64,000 nt of DNA from Candidatus Altiarchaeales archaeon (GCA_014727915.1 WJMO01000005.1:224001-288000), one strand, 5' to 3'. Shown: positions 19,850 through 30,049, counted from the first letter of the stretch. The notes: generated by a model not told the origin, from the letters alone. Numbers and translations are program-made.

Positions 19850-22800
19850 TCATCTTGTTTGCCCTATTTTATCAAGTTCGACTTCGATGTCCTGGTAGCT
19901 TGTGGCGTTGTTGAGTATCCTGTTGGCCTCCTCCTCGGGGAGCTTTTGCCTCAGTTTGATCATCACATTTATCGCCTGGTCCAGCTCCTCTGGCGTCCTG
20001 GTCTTCGCCAGAAGGTCGTTAACGGCGTTCCTCGAGAGTCCGGTCTGGCTTATCCTCTGCATTGCCTCTGCGGTGACGGACATGTCGTCTGTTGTGTTAT
20101 CCTTCCACATTAGCTTGTTTATGACCTGTGTGGACAGGCCTCTGGATCTTAACTCCTCTATGAACTCCTCCTCCCTGCCTGATATCGCAGCCGTTCCGCT
20201 GGAAACCATCTTCTTGAGCTCTGCGTCGCTTTTCTCGCCCCATCTGCCGTTGAATTCATCGTATCTCCTTGATTGTCCCACCGCTGCCGCGATGTCCTTC
20301 TCATTCCACCCGGCATTGTCCATCCTCTCGATCGTGTCCACCGACCTGTCAATATCCTCCCTTATCTCCTCATAACCCTGCTCGTTCTCGCTCACGCCAA
20401 CGTATGTCGGGTCTTCCCGCACCCTGCCCCTGACTTGGCTCCAGGTGTACGCTCCGGCTGCGACTCCCCCCGCCATTGAAAGCATAGAACTCGAGAAGTT
20501 GCTGTACCCTATGGCATGCGGCTCGGTTGAGTAGTAGCCGCTGAGCTTGTTATACTCGTTTGATATGTTATCTGCGTTGTTCGAGGGTGTTACTACTATG
20601 CCAGTCATGGATAGGGGTCCGCTGAACTTCTCTCCACCCTCCAGGTAGGTCATATGGTGAGCGCCCCTGCTGAAGGATGCGAACTCCTCGATGTTCCTCC
20701 CGCTAGTCTCGCCTTCGAATGTGAGCATCCCAGGGTCTATGCCTGGCTTGACAGTGCTCTGGTGCTGTCTCAGGAGTTCAACAGCCCTCTTCTCTGCTTG
20801 GAGCCTGGATGTCAGGCTGGCCTTCAATGCGTCGCTGTCTGTGATCTCCGCGCTGACTGCACATCCACTATCGTCCAATGTGTAATCGCATCCTTCAAGG
20901 GCGTATCCGCTGCGTTGGCTGTTGTATAGGCTGACCAGGTTGGCGGAGGCGGTTTCCGGACTCCCGGCATTTTCCAACGTGCTGTTGACCAGTTCCATCC
21001 TCCCGGTTCTTGCCTGTATGTTCTCGTCCAGGGTCTGGTATTTCAGTGTGGTCATCTGACTCGCGTCGTATCTGCCGTTGCTGCTCTCTACTAGCCACTG
21101 TTTTGAGGATTCTCTCTGCTTCACCTCTCTCACCCTGTCAGCATCCAAGCCAGAGGCCTCTGCTATACTATCGACCTCCGCGTCGGTCACTGCTGCCATG
21201 GCTTCGCTGTCAATTCTCCCGCCTTTGACTAATCGTCCGCCCTCCACCCGGCCCAGCATCCTTATCTCATCCCTTGCGGCCTCTTCATACCTCAGCCCTG
21301 AGAGGCTTTCCTGAACCTTTGGCGCGGCCTCCGACCCGCGTGTGACCCTGATATCCCGGGCTCTCCTCTCTGCTGAGGTGTAGTCCATCGATTTTATGCT
21401 GTCAAGGTCGAACTCCGATGCGTTGGCGACCGGCAGGAAAAGGTGCACCTTCCTCCTCTCGTCGCTGCTGAGCATCCTGTACTCATCCTGGGATATAGAA
21501 CCCCTGAGGTGCTTGGGAACTGCCATGAGGTAGACTTCTTTCATCATGGTCTCGGCATTGGAGGCTGCCGGGCTACCAGGGTTGTCGTCAACGACTTCCT
21601 GAAGGACGTCCATTGCTCTCAAATTCTCTCCCCTGGAAGTTAGCGTGTCCACAGCGTCAAGGGCGTCTTCAGGGCTTCCTTCCTTTATGCTGGTCTCGGC
21701 CCGTCTGACCACCGAGGCGGTCGGTTCCACCGGCTTCTCCGGACGTGTTTCCTCCGCTGCTCTAGACTCCTCTTCTGCCCTGGTGCCTGCAGGTGTCTTC
21801 GCTGCTGCCGGGGGAGCTGAGGGTTTTGGAGTTGCATACCTCCTCAGGAAAGCGTCCGGGCTTCCCCCGTCCTTCACAGCTCCTGTTAGAGGGCCGTCGG
21901 CGGTGCTCCAGTTGTCGTCCTGGGATGACATGAGACTGTCTAAGGCGTCAACCGCGTTATCCGGTTTGGCTCCTTTCTCTCCGGCGACGAACCTGTCGAA
22001 CTCCTGGGCGTTCTGCCGCCCTATGAAGGCGACTCCCACGCCTTCGACTCCCTTCACGTTGCCCGATGTCCGGAGGTTCTCCAGTTTCCTGTTGTTGCCG
22101 ACGTATCTGATCATCTGTTCGGTCTTCTCGTCGGTGCTCATCGGCCTGTCGCCTCGAGCCTGCTGTCTTGTGTCCTTTTCCTCGACTGCGGCCGACATGG
22201 AGGGGACTCCGAGGTTGGGGTCCGTCCAGACAGGCTCCGTTATGCCGCCAGTAGCCTCTATTATCCTGTTAGCCTGGCTGGGGTTCAACCCGTTCATCCT
22301 CTGTAGGAACCGTCTGGCGAATAATCTGGCATCCCTCTCCACCTGCATCGAATAGGCTTTTGCCTTCCTCTCCTCTTCCAGAGCCGCTCTCTCACCCTCC
22401 CTATCAGCCTTCTTGTTGGCCTCTATCCTCTTCTGCTCCCACTTCTTCCATTCACTGTCGCTCGCCTCCTTTTCCCTGCTGTAGCCTTGCATGCCCTCTG
22501 TGAACCTCTGAACTGCCTTCTTCCTGTGCTCTGGGGTTACTGGTGTCCTCCGTTCCTGTTTGGGACGTCCTGCCTCCGCAGCTCCCAACCTGCTGCCTGC
22601 AGGTTTTGGCGGCGGCTCCATTATCCTGCCTCCTCCAGTTGTAGAATGTGATGCGCGTATCCCCGAGGGTGATCCGCCCACTCCGCCTAATCCGCCGGCT
22701 GGCGATCCTCCCGGTCCCCCAGCACGCTCAGCCTTGGCTCCGAAGCCTCCACGCCTCCCCGGATGTCGCATGTCCACATGCCCTGGCATGGCATCCGCTT

Positions 22801-24556
22801 GCATCTCGCCCGGCCTGGCCCTTCCATGTTTCCGCGTTACAGAACCTGGCTCGATGGTCTGAGTGGTTCCCGGCCGATTCATTTGGGTCGTGCCTGAAAC
22901 ATACCTTGATGTCGAGGTGTCCCTTATGGTGCTCCTACGGGGTGCTGTCCGGCGGTCTTCGCTGGCGTCCCAGCTCTTGCCCCCTTCCTCGCGGACCTGC
23001 TCCTCCTGCAGCGGTGGCTCTCCACCCTCAGAGTGTGTTGAGCTTGATTCTCTGACTGCAGAGCCTGTGTCTGCAGCCCATTGTATGTGGGATCCTCTTC
23101 TGATGTGGCGTCCTGGCATCCGGGAGGGCATGTGGACTGCTCCGCTGCCCAGAACCCCCGTCGCTCCCATCATCCCCGGCCTATGGAAAAGGCTGCTTCC
23201 ATGTCCTGAGATGCCGGGCATAGAAGTCAACCCCACCTCCCCGGGGGAGGGAAGATATCGTGCTCCGCCTACTGCGCCTTTGCTGCTGAAGTACGGTTCC
23301 GGGGCGCTCCCTATAGTGTCCGCGTCCGGGTTTGGAATGGTATACCTGAAGCTTGTTGAGGGTCCGCTGGCTTCTCCGCCTGCGTGGTCTCCCATGCTGT
23401 GTCCCATCATATACTGTCCGCTGGCGGTCTCCAGGGCGGTGTTCAGCCTGCCGGTCCTCATGTATGTTGCGACGAACCTTGACATGGAGTCTCCGCCCCT
23501 CGTGGAGTATATGTGGAGAACGGCACCCACCCATGACATCATCTGCAATCCGATCAATGGGCTGAAGACTACTCCAAGGTATGATGCTGTTAGGAGAACG
23601 AAGTCAGTTATGGGGTCTCCTGTTCCGCTGTCGATCATCATCAGCAACCCGATGACTATGAACAGGACTTGGATCAACTGTATGACCAGGAGCATTACCG
23701 TGAACCTGAGGAACCTCGTTCCAAGCCCTCGGAGAGAGAAGAAGGGGTTGGGTATGTCTGTGAAGTACATGAAGAGTATCAACGGGAAGAATGCCGCCAT
23801 CACATAGGTCAGGAAGTACCTGAACGCTGCCATCATAGCCGCTATCATTATTATGACTATGAAGATGTACATGGAGCAGCAGTATTGGCTTCCTCTCATG
23901 GTGGTTATCTTCCCGTAAAGTATGTTGAAGCTGTTTTCGGTCTGGTCTATCAGGGGAGTCACGACCAGCCTCTCAAGGTCGAACATCATCTGGAGGAGGA
24001 CGGGCGCCTGTGACACTAGTATCATGCCCACCAGCAGGCGGGTGAATGTGTCCTTTGCGTTGGCCCTCCCCTGGGGCGATCCTGCCATGAATATGAGGTA
24101 TGCTGCCACTATGATTATGCCAAAGATGTATACTATCTGTAGCGCCTCCATGACCCTCATGTTTATGACCCTTATGTTCGGGTCCACAGGCATCTGTATG
24201 GATATCTCCACGGCCTTGCCTTCCTCGTTGGTGTATACGACATATGGGTCGCAGAGTCCGCTGCTCGAGTATACGCATGGGTTTATCTGGGACATTATGA
24301 CCGTGGGTCGCATCATCGTCACCACCCCATACGCCCCCCATTCAACCAGGTATGTTATCATGGATTCGACGACGTTCTCCCAGAAGTTGTCCCACATGTC
24401 GACGAAGAAGTCCTTCGTCGCCTCCAGGTTCTCCTCGAAGTAATGCCAGTAGACGTCCCAGTTCACTCCCGCAGATACGTTTTGCACGGATAGCAGGGCC
24501 AACGCTATGACTGCGAGCGCGAGCACCAGCTTCCTGCGGTTATGCAATGTTTTCAC
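19850..24556 (-). CDS. Giant protein: signal peptide + VirB6/TrbL-like polytopic domain + ~1200 aa soluble tail; probable GTG start overlapping upstream stop
   Basis: AAYLIFMAGSPQGRANAKDTFTRLLVG and FRYFLTYVMAAFFPLILF hydrophobic core; G/P/R-rich disordered region, charged coiled coil and a TPR-like hairpin. Confidence 0.7.
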   Translation of the reverse strand: MKTLHNRRKLVLALAVIALALLSVQNVSAGVNWDVYWHYFEENLEATKDFFVDMWDNFWENVVESMITYLVEWGAYGVVTMMRPTVIMSQINPCVYSSSGLCDPYVVYTNEEGKAVEISIQMPVDPNIRVINMRVMEALQIVYIFGIIIVAAYLIFMAGSPQGRANAKDTFTRLLVGMILVSQAPVLLQMMFDLERLVVTPLIDQTENSFNILYGKITTMRGSQYCCSMYIFIVIIMIAAMMAAFRYFLTYVMAAFFPLILFMYFTDIPNPFFSLRGLGTRFLRFTVMLLVIQLIQVLFIVIGLLMMIDSGTGDPITDFVLLTASYLGVVFSPLIGLQMMSWVGAVLHIYSTRGGDSMSRFVATYMRTGRLNTALETASGQYMMGHSMGDHAGGEASGPSTSFRYTIPNPDADTIGSAPEPYFSSKGAVGGARYLPSPGEVGLTSMPGISGHGSSLFHRPGMMGATGVLGSGAVHMPSRMPGRHIRRGSHIQWAADTGSAVRESSSTHSEGGEPPLQEEQVREEGGKSWDASEDRRTAPRRSTIRDTSTSRYVSGTTQMNRPGTTQTIEPGSVTRKHGRARPGEMQADAMPGHVDMRHPGRRGGFGAKAERAGGPGGSPAGGLGGVGGSPSGIRASHSTTGGGRIMEPPPKPAGSRLGAAEAGRPKQERRTPVTPEHRKKAVQRFTEGMQGYSREKEASDSEWKKWEQKRIEANKKADREGERAALEEERKAKAYSMQVERDARLFARRFLQRMNGLNPSQANRIIEATGGITEPVWTDPNLGVPSMSAAVEEKDTRQQARGDRPMSTDEKTEQMIRYVGNNRKLENLRTSGNVKGVEGVGVAFIGRQNAQEFDRFVAGEKGAKPDNAVDALDSLMSSQDDNWSTADGPLTGAVKDGGSPDAFLRRYATPKPSAPPAAAKTPAGTRAEEESRAAEETRPEKPVEPTASVVRRAETSIKEGSPEDALDAVDTLTSRGENLRAMDVLQEVVDDNPGSPAASNAETMMKEVYLMAVPKHLRGSISQDEYRMLSSDERRKVHLFLPVANASEFDLDSIKSMDYTSAERRARDIRVTRGSEAAPKVQESLSGLRYEEAARDEIRMLGRVEGGRLVKGGRIDSEAMAAVTDAEVDSIAEASGLDADRVREVKQRESSKQWLVESSNGRYDASQMTTLKYQTLDENIQARTGRMELVNSTLENAGSPETASANLVSLYNSQRSGYALEGCDYTLDDSGCAVSAEITDSDALKASLTSRLQAEKRAVELLRQHQSTVKPGIDPGMLTFEGETSGRNIEEFASFSRGAHHMTYLEGGEKFSGPLSMTGIVVTPSNNADNISNEYNKLSGYYSTEPHAIGYSNFSSSMLSMAGGVAAGAYTWSQVRGRVREDPTYVGVSENEQGYEEIREDIDRSVDTIERMDNAGWNEKDIAAAVGQSRRYDEFNGRWGEKSDAELKKMVSSGTAAISGREEEFIEELRSRGLSTQVINKLMWKDNTTDDMSVTAEAMQRISQTGLSRNAVNDLLAKTRTPEELDQAINVMIKLRQKLPEEEANRILNNATSYQDIEVELDKIGQTR

Positions 24557-27500
24557 GGCCAATTACCTTGGTTCTGCCTTCTTCTCATCTCCATGAAGAA
24601 GTCCAGCATGTTGTCCGATTGGGTGCGGTTCTGGTCTCTGCTGTCCATGTTCCCCAAACTGAATGACTGGCGCATGTTCCTCCTCCAGGGAGCAGCCCTC
24701 CTTGCGTCATATCCTATTATCCTATTATGTAGGGATTGTGCCAGCTGGTCGTACTCGGTCTGCTGGGCGTCCGTCCTCTGTGCTAGGCCCTTTAGTGTGT
24801 CCAACCTGTCCAGGTCGGTGCCATAGGCGTCTAGGACACCTGTCACCTGACGGTCTGATATGCCCGTGGCGGCAGGGTCCATCAGCCCGTTGTCGAATCT
24901 GTCGTTCCAGTCCGTGTCGCTCATCATATGAGGGCTTGGGGCCGCTGCTCCTGTCTGCTCGCTGTGCCATTCCCGTATGGCTGCCGCGGCACCGCCTGTG
25001 ACTTCCCGCCTTTCCGCGCCCCAGCTGTTACCGTGCCTGAATACACGGTCGCCTTCGATTGTGTACATTTCACCAGTATCCCCGTACACTCTGTTGCCTC
25101 TTATCTGGTATTCCATCCCTCCAGTAGCTGATGTTCTGCCCAGCTGCGCCAGCGTCCTGCTATGTTCCGCTTCGAACTCTCTCATCTCAGGGTTTCCTCC
25201 CTTGTTGGGGCTCACCGTTCCCCTTGCGCTGACCAGGTCGTCCCTCGCCTGCTGTTGCTCGAACCTCTCCCGGTGGCTGTCGTATGCGGTGTTCTGTGCC
25301 ATCGCCAAGGCCTGGGCTTCGAAGTTGGGGTCGCTTGGGTTCATGCCACTTGCCCTCAGCTGGGACTTAGCAGCCTTCAAGTGCTTTTTCCTGCCCCTAC
25401 CCCAGAGTCCCTGCCATACCGCTTGCCTTTCGACCATCTCATTTGCCATGTTGTCCCTGACTGCCTCGGTGTTGAGGCCGTGCTCGTCCATCGCCCGGCT
25501 CTTCGCTGTGGCGTCCGCCTGATTCTGCTGGGCCCTTGTCAAGACGGCCGTCCTATCTCCGTAGGCCTGCTGCTTCGCCCTTTCCATGTCCCCTCCGTTC
25601 TGGTCCAGGTAGTCCACCTTCTGGGATGCTGTCAGCTGGTCCCATACGGCGTCCCTGCTGTATCCTTCCTGGTGCGCAGAGTCCAGGCTGTTCCATACGT
25701 TGTCCTGGTCTCCCTTGTCGTTCAAAGCCAGCTGCCCTGCAGTCTTCCCCGCCTGGACGAGTTGTTCCGGAGTCAGCATGTCGGTGGACTCCCGGAAAGC
25801 TAGCCTCTTGGCGGAGTCCGTGTTCCCCCCTGTTATGTTGAGGTAGTCCGTCTGTTGCTGTGACGTTAGCGAGCTCCACACTCCCTCGGTCATGTAGTTC
25901 TGCCTTTCCTCCTGGGTCAGGGCTCCGCTGTTCCAGAGCGCGTCCGCCCTCACCTGCCGGCTGCGGTCCGCGCCGGAGGTGCTGACTCCATCCTCTCCAA
26001 AACGCTGCAGGCCGTCCTGGTAGGCGTTCGCCAATGCGATCCCCCTGACACCTTCTTCGTCGGCGTTCGGGTTAGCAGTTCTCGCCTGCTCTATGTAATT
26101 TTCCTGTGTATTCGTGTCAAGACTGTTCCAGTATTGGTTGGCTCTACGGTATTCTCTCCTACCCTGGGTGTATGCCTGGTCCCTCGCTTGGAGGGCGTCA
26201 CTCTGGTCCTGCCTAGATACCCTGAGGTTCCTCTGGGCGGTCTGGTTAGCCGTCTGCGCGGCTGTCAGATTAGCCGTCAGCTGGGCTCCGTTGTAGTTCC
26301 TGTTGAACCACTGGTCCACGTGCTGGTCGAACAAGGCCCTCTGCGTGGGGTCTAATGTCGAGGGGTCGACGCCCCTCCATGTCCTTGAGTTCCTGACATC
26401 CCGTTCCGCGTTCTGCCGGGCCTGGTCGTATGCGCTCTGGGCGTTGGCTTCGCTGGTCTGCGCGGTGTTGGCGGAGTTCTGGGCGGTGTTCAGGCTGTTA
26501 CTGGCGTTCGTGACCCTCGTGTCGTGCTGCTGCCTGTTGTTCACGAACTGGTCCCTTACGGTCTCATTGCCCCAACCCATCGAATCCGCCTGGCTCTGGC
26601 CAGCGGCATTTACTGTGTGCAAGCCAGCCTGCAATTCCCTCGCATAATGGTTGAAGGCATTCTCCTTAGCTGCGGTCTCTTCGGGCGACCCTGCTGCCAT
26701 GCCCGGATCCCACCCGAACCGTTTCTTCTGGTCGTCGGACATCTTACCCCAGAGTTCGTCCCGCAGGGGCTCGTGCATTGTGTTGGCCTGCCTGTCAAGC
26801 CGATTGGCCGGCCCTCTCCTTCCCTGGCTCCTTGCCTGCGCCGCCTGCTGCCGTGTCTGCCGCCTCTGATCCCCCATCTCCGCCAGCCTCTCAGTGAAGC
26901 TTGGGCTTCCGTCGTCGGGTCGCTGGCTCAGTTGCCGCATGAACTCCTCGTCCTCTCTCATGGTCTTGCCCGCCGGCTGAAGTATCTTGGCGCCTATAGC
27001 GGTCGTCAATGCGGCGACTCCAACGAAACCTGTTATTGACATTCCCAGCCCAGGAGCTGCCAGTATTGCGACGGGCAATGCGATGCCCACGGCGGTCATA
27101 GCGGCTGAGACCATCGGAGGGGCTCCCTTGGAACCTCCTTCCTCGTAGCTCTTGTAAAGGTTGTCCGCTCCCCTGGCCAAATTCCTCCTCACGCCACGGA
27201 AGCTGTGGACTCCATAGTTGAATTTTTGCTCTCCGGTCCTCGAGTCCTGCGTCCACCACCCGGTCATATAGTAAGACGCTCCTAAGAGCGTTCTACCAAC
27301 ACCCCAGTCGCCGATGCTATGCCTTAGAAAACCCCTCAAGGCGTATCCTACAGGAACCAGCAGAAGCTTCGGGGATAGGTTTGCGGCCAGTCCCATGCCC
27401 AGCCAGTAGGCCTTGCTCCAACCGCTCCTTGACGTGGCATACCTGACTCCATAGTATTGCTGTGCTGTCATCTCGTCTGGCCGGGTGCCTGCGGTTACCG

Positions 27501-28905
27501 CGGTTCCGAATGCCGCCCTGGTGGCCCGCTCGCCCCAGCTGACATCCCCCCATCCTCCGACCTCTCTTTCTCTGCCCCCGAGCGCCGAACCATATACCAT
27601 CGGGGGCTCTCCGTCCGGGCCCTGACCGATCGGCTGATGCCCGCCCCACGGGCTGTGGGGTTGTGAGGTGGCCGCGGAAGACGGAGGTCCTCCACCCCTG
27701 TCCGGGTAGCTGTGCCCTGCGGCCGACTCCCTTGGTCCCTCCAATCTGGCGTCTGACCTCTGCTGGATGTAAGCTGCCTGCGTGAACGCCTGACCCCCGT
27801 AGCCTTGCATCACATAGCCTACGAAAGCCAGCCTCGCGCTGCCCGTCGTCTGCGCCACGAATATGGTGCCCGACCCTACGGTGCTGAGCATCCCTGTGAT
27901 CATCATCGGCGACAATCCGATAAGCATGTATGCTATCAGCGCGGCTATGGCAGGGCCAGGGTTCAAATAGTCGAATGGCGACTGCAGTATCATCCAGGAC
28001 AGCACTATGAACACGGACATCGGTATGGGCATCATCGCCCATGTTATCGTCCACTTGGCCAGCTTGTATCCTATGCCCTTGAGGAAGTCGAATGCGAGGC
28101 AGAATATCGTGAACGGGAACAGCGCTCCGAACACCAGCACCATGTTGTACCTGACCGCGAGTACGAGGTATGGCAGGAAGATCATCGCGAGTATCATGCA
28201 TATTATCCCGAGTATCAGCGGCCATCCTATGCCGAAGGTGAAGAACGCTATCAATGCGATGGCTCCCGTTGCCATCCCTGCCCCGGCCGCGGCAGGCCCC
28301 ATCCCTACTATGGGGTCCCACGACACAGGCACACCTCCTATAGTCAGTATCTGGTGCACTATGAAGTTGTTCAGCTCCAGTAGCATGTCGTACATGGGGA
28401 ACGCGAGCCCGGAGAAGACCAACCCCATTATGAGCTTTTGGAGCATGGACTTCGCCTGGGTCCTGACTCTGGGAGCGGTCGCACCCCATATGAAGTATAC
28501 GGCAACCAGGAGTATCAGGACCATGTACAGGGGGACGAGTATCTGCATTATGATCCTCCCCACCGTCTGGATGACTGGATGGGTTGTGTCAGCGCATTTC
28601 ATGCCTCCCGGGTTGTTGCACCCTGCGAACATATAGCTCATGAAGGTGTTCTTGTACTCCTTGAGGGAGTCCGACATGAGCGACTGCAGGTTGTCCCCTC
28701 CCTTCTTTAAGATGCCTGTTGAATCCCCTTTTGCGCCTGCCTTCGTCGGGCTGTCAGAGCCCTCACGGTCGTGGAATGACGTCTTGGGGCTTCCGACGGT
28801 ATCTCCAGGGGCTGCGAAAGCGGTCGATAAGAACAATAGTACGGCGGTGGCGGAGATCAGTAATAGTAGGCCTCTTCGGTTGACCTGGGTCATAGTAAAT
28901 AACAT
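24553..28905 (-). CDS. Giant protein: signal peptide + VirB6/TrbL-like polytopic domain + coiled-coil/W-repeat tail (alternative ATG 28893)
   Basis: AVYFIWGATAPRVRTQAKSMLQKLIMG and VRYNMVLVFGALFPFTIF align with the downstream paralogue; Q/N/A-rich heptads and WxxL repeats. Confidence 0.7.
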   Translation of the reverse strand: MLFTMTQVNRRGLLLLISATAVLLFLSTAFAAPGDTVGSPKTSFHDREGSDSPTKAGAKGDSTGILKKGGDNLQSLMSDSLKEYKNTFMSYMFAGCNNPGGMKCADTTHPVIQTVGRIIMQILVPLYMVLILLVAVYFIWGATAPRVRTQAKSMLQKLIMGLVFSGLAFPMYDMLLELNNFIVHQILTIGGVPVSWDPIVGMGPAAAGAGMATGAIALIAFFTFGIGWPLILGIICMILAMIFLPYLVLAVRYNMVLVFGALFPFTIFCLAFDFLKGIGYKLAKWTITWAMMPIPMSVFIVLSWMILQSPFDYLNPGPAIAALIAYMLIGLSPMMITGMLSTVGSGTIFVAQTTGSARLAFVGYVMQGYGGQAFTQAAYIQQRSDARLEGPRESAAGHSYPDRGGGPPSSAATSQPHSPWGGHQPIGQGPDGEPPMVYGSALGGREREVGGWGDVSWGERATRAAFGTAVTAGTRPDEMTAQQYYGVRYATSRSGWSKAYWLGMGLAANLSPKLLLVPVGYALRGFLRHSIGDWGVGRTLLGASYYMTGWWTQDSRTGEQKFNYGVHSFRGVRRNLARGADNLYKSYEEGGSKGAPPMVSAAMTAVGIALPVAILAAPGLGMSITGFVGVAALTTAIGAKILQPAGKTMREDEEFMRQLSQRPDDGSPSFTERLAEMGDQRRQTRQQAAQARSQGRRGPANRLDRQANTMHEPLRDELWGKMSDDQKKRFGWDPGMAAGSPEETAAKENAFNHYARELQAGLHTVNAAGQSQADSMGWGNETVRDQFVNNRQQHDTRVTNASNSLNTAQNSANTAQTSEANAQSAYDQARQNAERDVRNSRTWRGVDPSTLDPTQRALFDQHVDQWFNRNYNGAQLTANLTAAQTANQTAQRNLRVSRQDQSDALQARDQAYTQGRREYRRANQYWNSLDTNTQENYIEQARTANPNADEEGVRGIALANAYQDGLQRFGEDGVSTSGADRSRQVRADALWNSGALTQEERQNYMTEGVWSSLTSQQQTDYLNITGGNTDSAKRLAFRESTDMLTPEQLVQAGKTAGQLALNDKGDQDNVWNSLDSAHQEGYSRDAVWDQLTASQKVDYLDQNGGDMERAKQQAYGDRTAVLTRAQQNQADATAKSRAMDEHGLNTEAVRDNMANEMVERQAVWQGLWGRGRKKHLKAAKSQLRASGMNPSDPNFEAQALAMAQNTAYDSHRERFEQQQARDDLVSARGTVSPNKGGNPEMREFEAEHSRTLAQLGRTSATGGMEYQIRGNRVYGDTGEMYTIEGDRVFRHGNSWGAERREVTGGAAAAIREWHSEQTGAAAPSPHMMSDTDWNDRFDNGLMDPAATGISDRQVTGVLDAYGTDLDRLDTLKGLAQRTDAQQTEYDQLAQSLHNRIIGYDARRAAPWRRNMRQSFSLGNMDSRDQNRTQSDNMLDFFMEMRRRQNQGNWP

Positions 28906-28946
28906 TAAATCTTGAGATATTTATTTAGTATAATATACTGTTTCCC

Positions 28947-29657
28947 TCAGTTTCCCGATAATATCTCAGGCATCCTCCCCCATGCGCCCACCGTATCGTC
29001 TTTCACTATCAGGACGCCCCTTATGCCCCCGATACTCCTTGCTTTTTCTATGGCCTTCTCCACGTCACCCGCCTCACATACTACATTGGCTATCGCCGTT
29101 GCCGCAGCGTCCGCTATAGCGCCCTTGTCTGCGAACACTGTGACGGAGTCGGCTTCTCCCAGGCTGATGCTGTGCCCCACGGAACCCGAGCTGGTGCATA
29201 TGTTGCAGGGTGTCTCGCCCGCAGTAACCCTTAATGCTATCCTGCCTGTTGTGCTCGATGGCCCCGAGTCCAAACCCACTATCATCTCGTCTTTTGTCTT
29301 CAGGTATATGTCTCCCCCGTTCTCCACTATGACTTCCTGCGCGCCTTTTGACACTATGTATTCGCCTATCAGATGGGAGAATGTCCCTGCCACGGCTGCC
29401 ATCGGCCCCACATCGCACTCTCCTGACGCTTCTATCAGGCTCCTGACTATCTCCGGGGCTGAAGGGTCTTCTTCAACGGGCTCATATGTTGACTTGAACA
29501 GCGGGTTCCTGTTTATGTAATCGACAAGCAGGTTGTAGTGTCTGATCAGTTCGTCCAGTGCGTCAACCTGAGCGTCAACGTCCGATTTGACCTTGATGTG
29601 GGTCTCACCGTAGTCGAGGCCGAAGGAGTTGAGAGGACGGTCGGTCAATCCCATCAC
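28947..29657 (-). CDS. UPF0280 / ApbE-like protein (COG2122)
   Basis: VGPMAAVAG, VENGGDIYL, ICTSSGSVGHSISLGEAD, ADAAATAIAN. Confidence 0.9.
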   Translation of the reverse strand: MMGLTDRPLNSFGLDYGETHIKVKSDVDAQVDALDELIRHYNLLVDYINRNPLFKSTYEPVEEDPSAPEIVRSLIEASGECDVGPMAAVAGTFSHLIGEYIVSKGAQEVIVENGGDIYLKTKDEMIVGLDSGPSSTTGRIALRVTAGETPCNICTSSGSVGHSISLGEADSVTVFADKGAIADAAATAIANVVCEAGDVEKAIEKARSIGGIRGVLIVKDDTVGAWGRMPEILSGN

Positions 29658-30049
29658 CCCTCTTGGAGGCTCAGCGCCCTAACGGGGCAGACTTCTATGC
29701 ATGCCTTGCACCGGATGCATTCGTCTTTGTCCAACTGCATCTTCCAGTCCTTGATTGTGATGGCCTTTGTGGGGCATACTCCATAGCATGCGCAGCAGTC
29801 AATGCATCGGTCGTCGTCTTTCAGGATGGTGCTCTCCAGCTTCTCCACCTCGACACTGTGCTTTCTGAGGTAGTCTGTGAGCTTCTTCTGCTTTTTATCG
29901 TCTCCTAAGACGGCGACTACCATCATTCCCTTGCTGTACTCCACGTCCGCCAGGAGTATGTTGACCATGACGCCAGTCTCTAGTATAGCCTCTGCTAGCG
30001 CTGGCTTCTTCACCTCATCCGTGGAATACTTCAGGACGTACTTGTTCAT
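29654..30049 (-). CDS. NIL-domain 2[4Fe-4S] ferredoxin (MA1822-type partner of homocysteine biosynthesis)
   Basis: VNILLA NIL motif; CIDCCACYGVCP and CIRCKACIEVCP. Confidence 0.92.
   Translation of the reverse strand: MNKYVLKYSTDEVKKPALAEAILETGVMVNILLADVEYSKGMMVVAVLGDDKKQKKLTDYLRKHSVEVEKLESTILKDDDRCIDCCACYGVCPTKAITIKDWKMQLDKDECIRCKACIEVCPVRALSLQEG

Noticed and set aside
19850-28905. Integrated conjugative element or provirus interpretation
   Set aside because: No integrase, att/tRNA site, relaxase, ATPase or capsid gene is visible, and composition resembles the flanking core genes.
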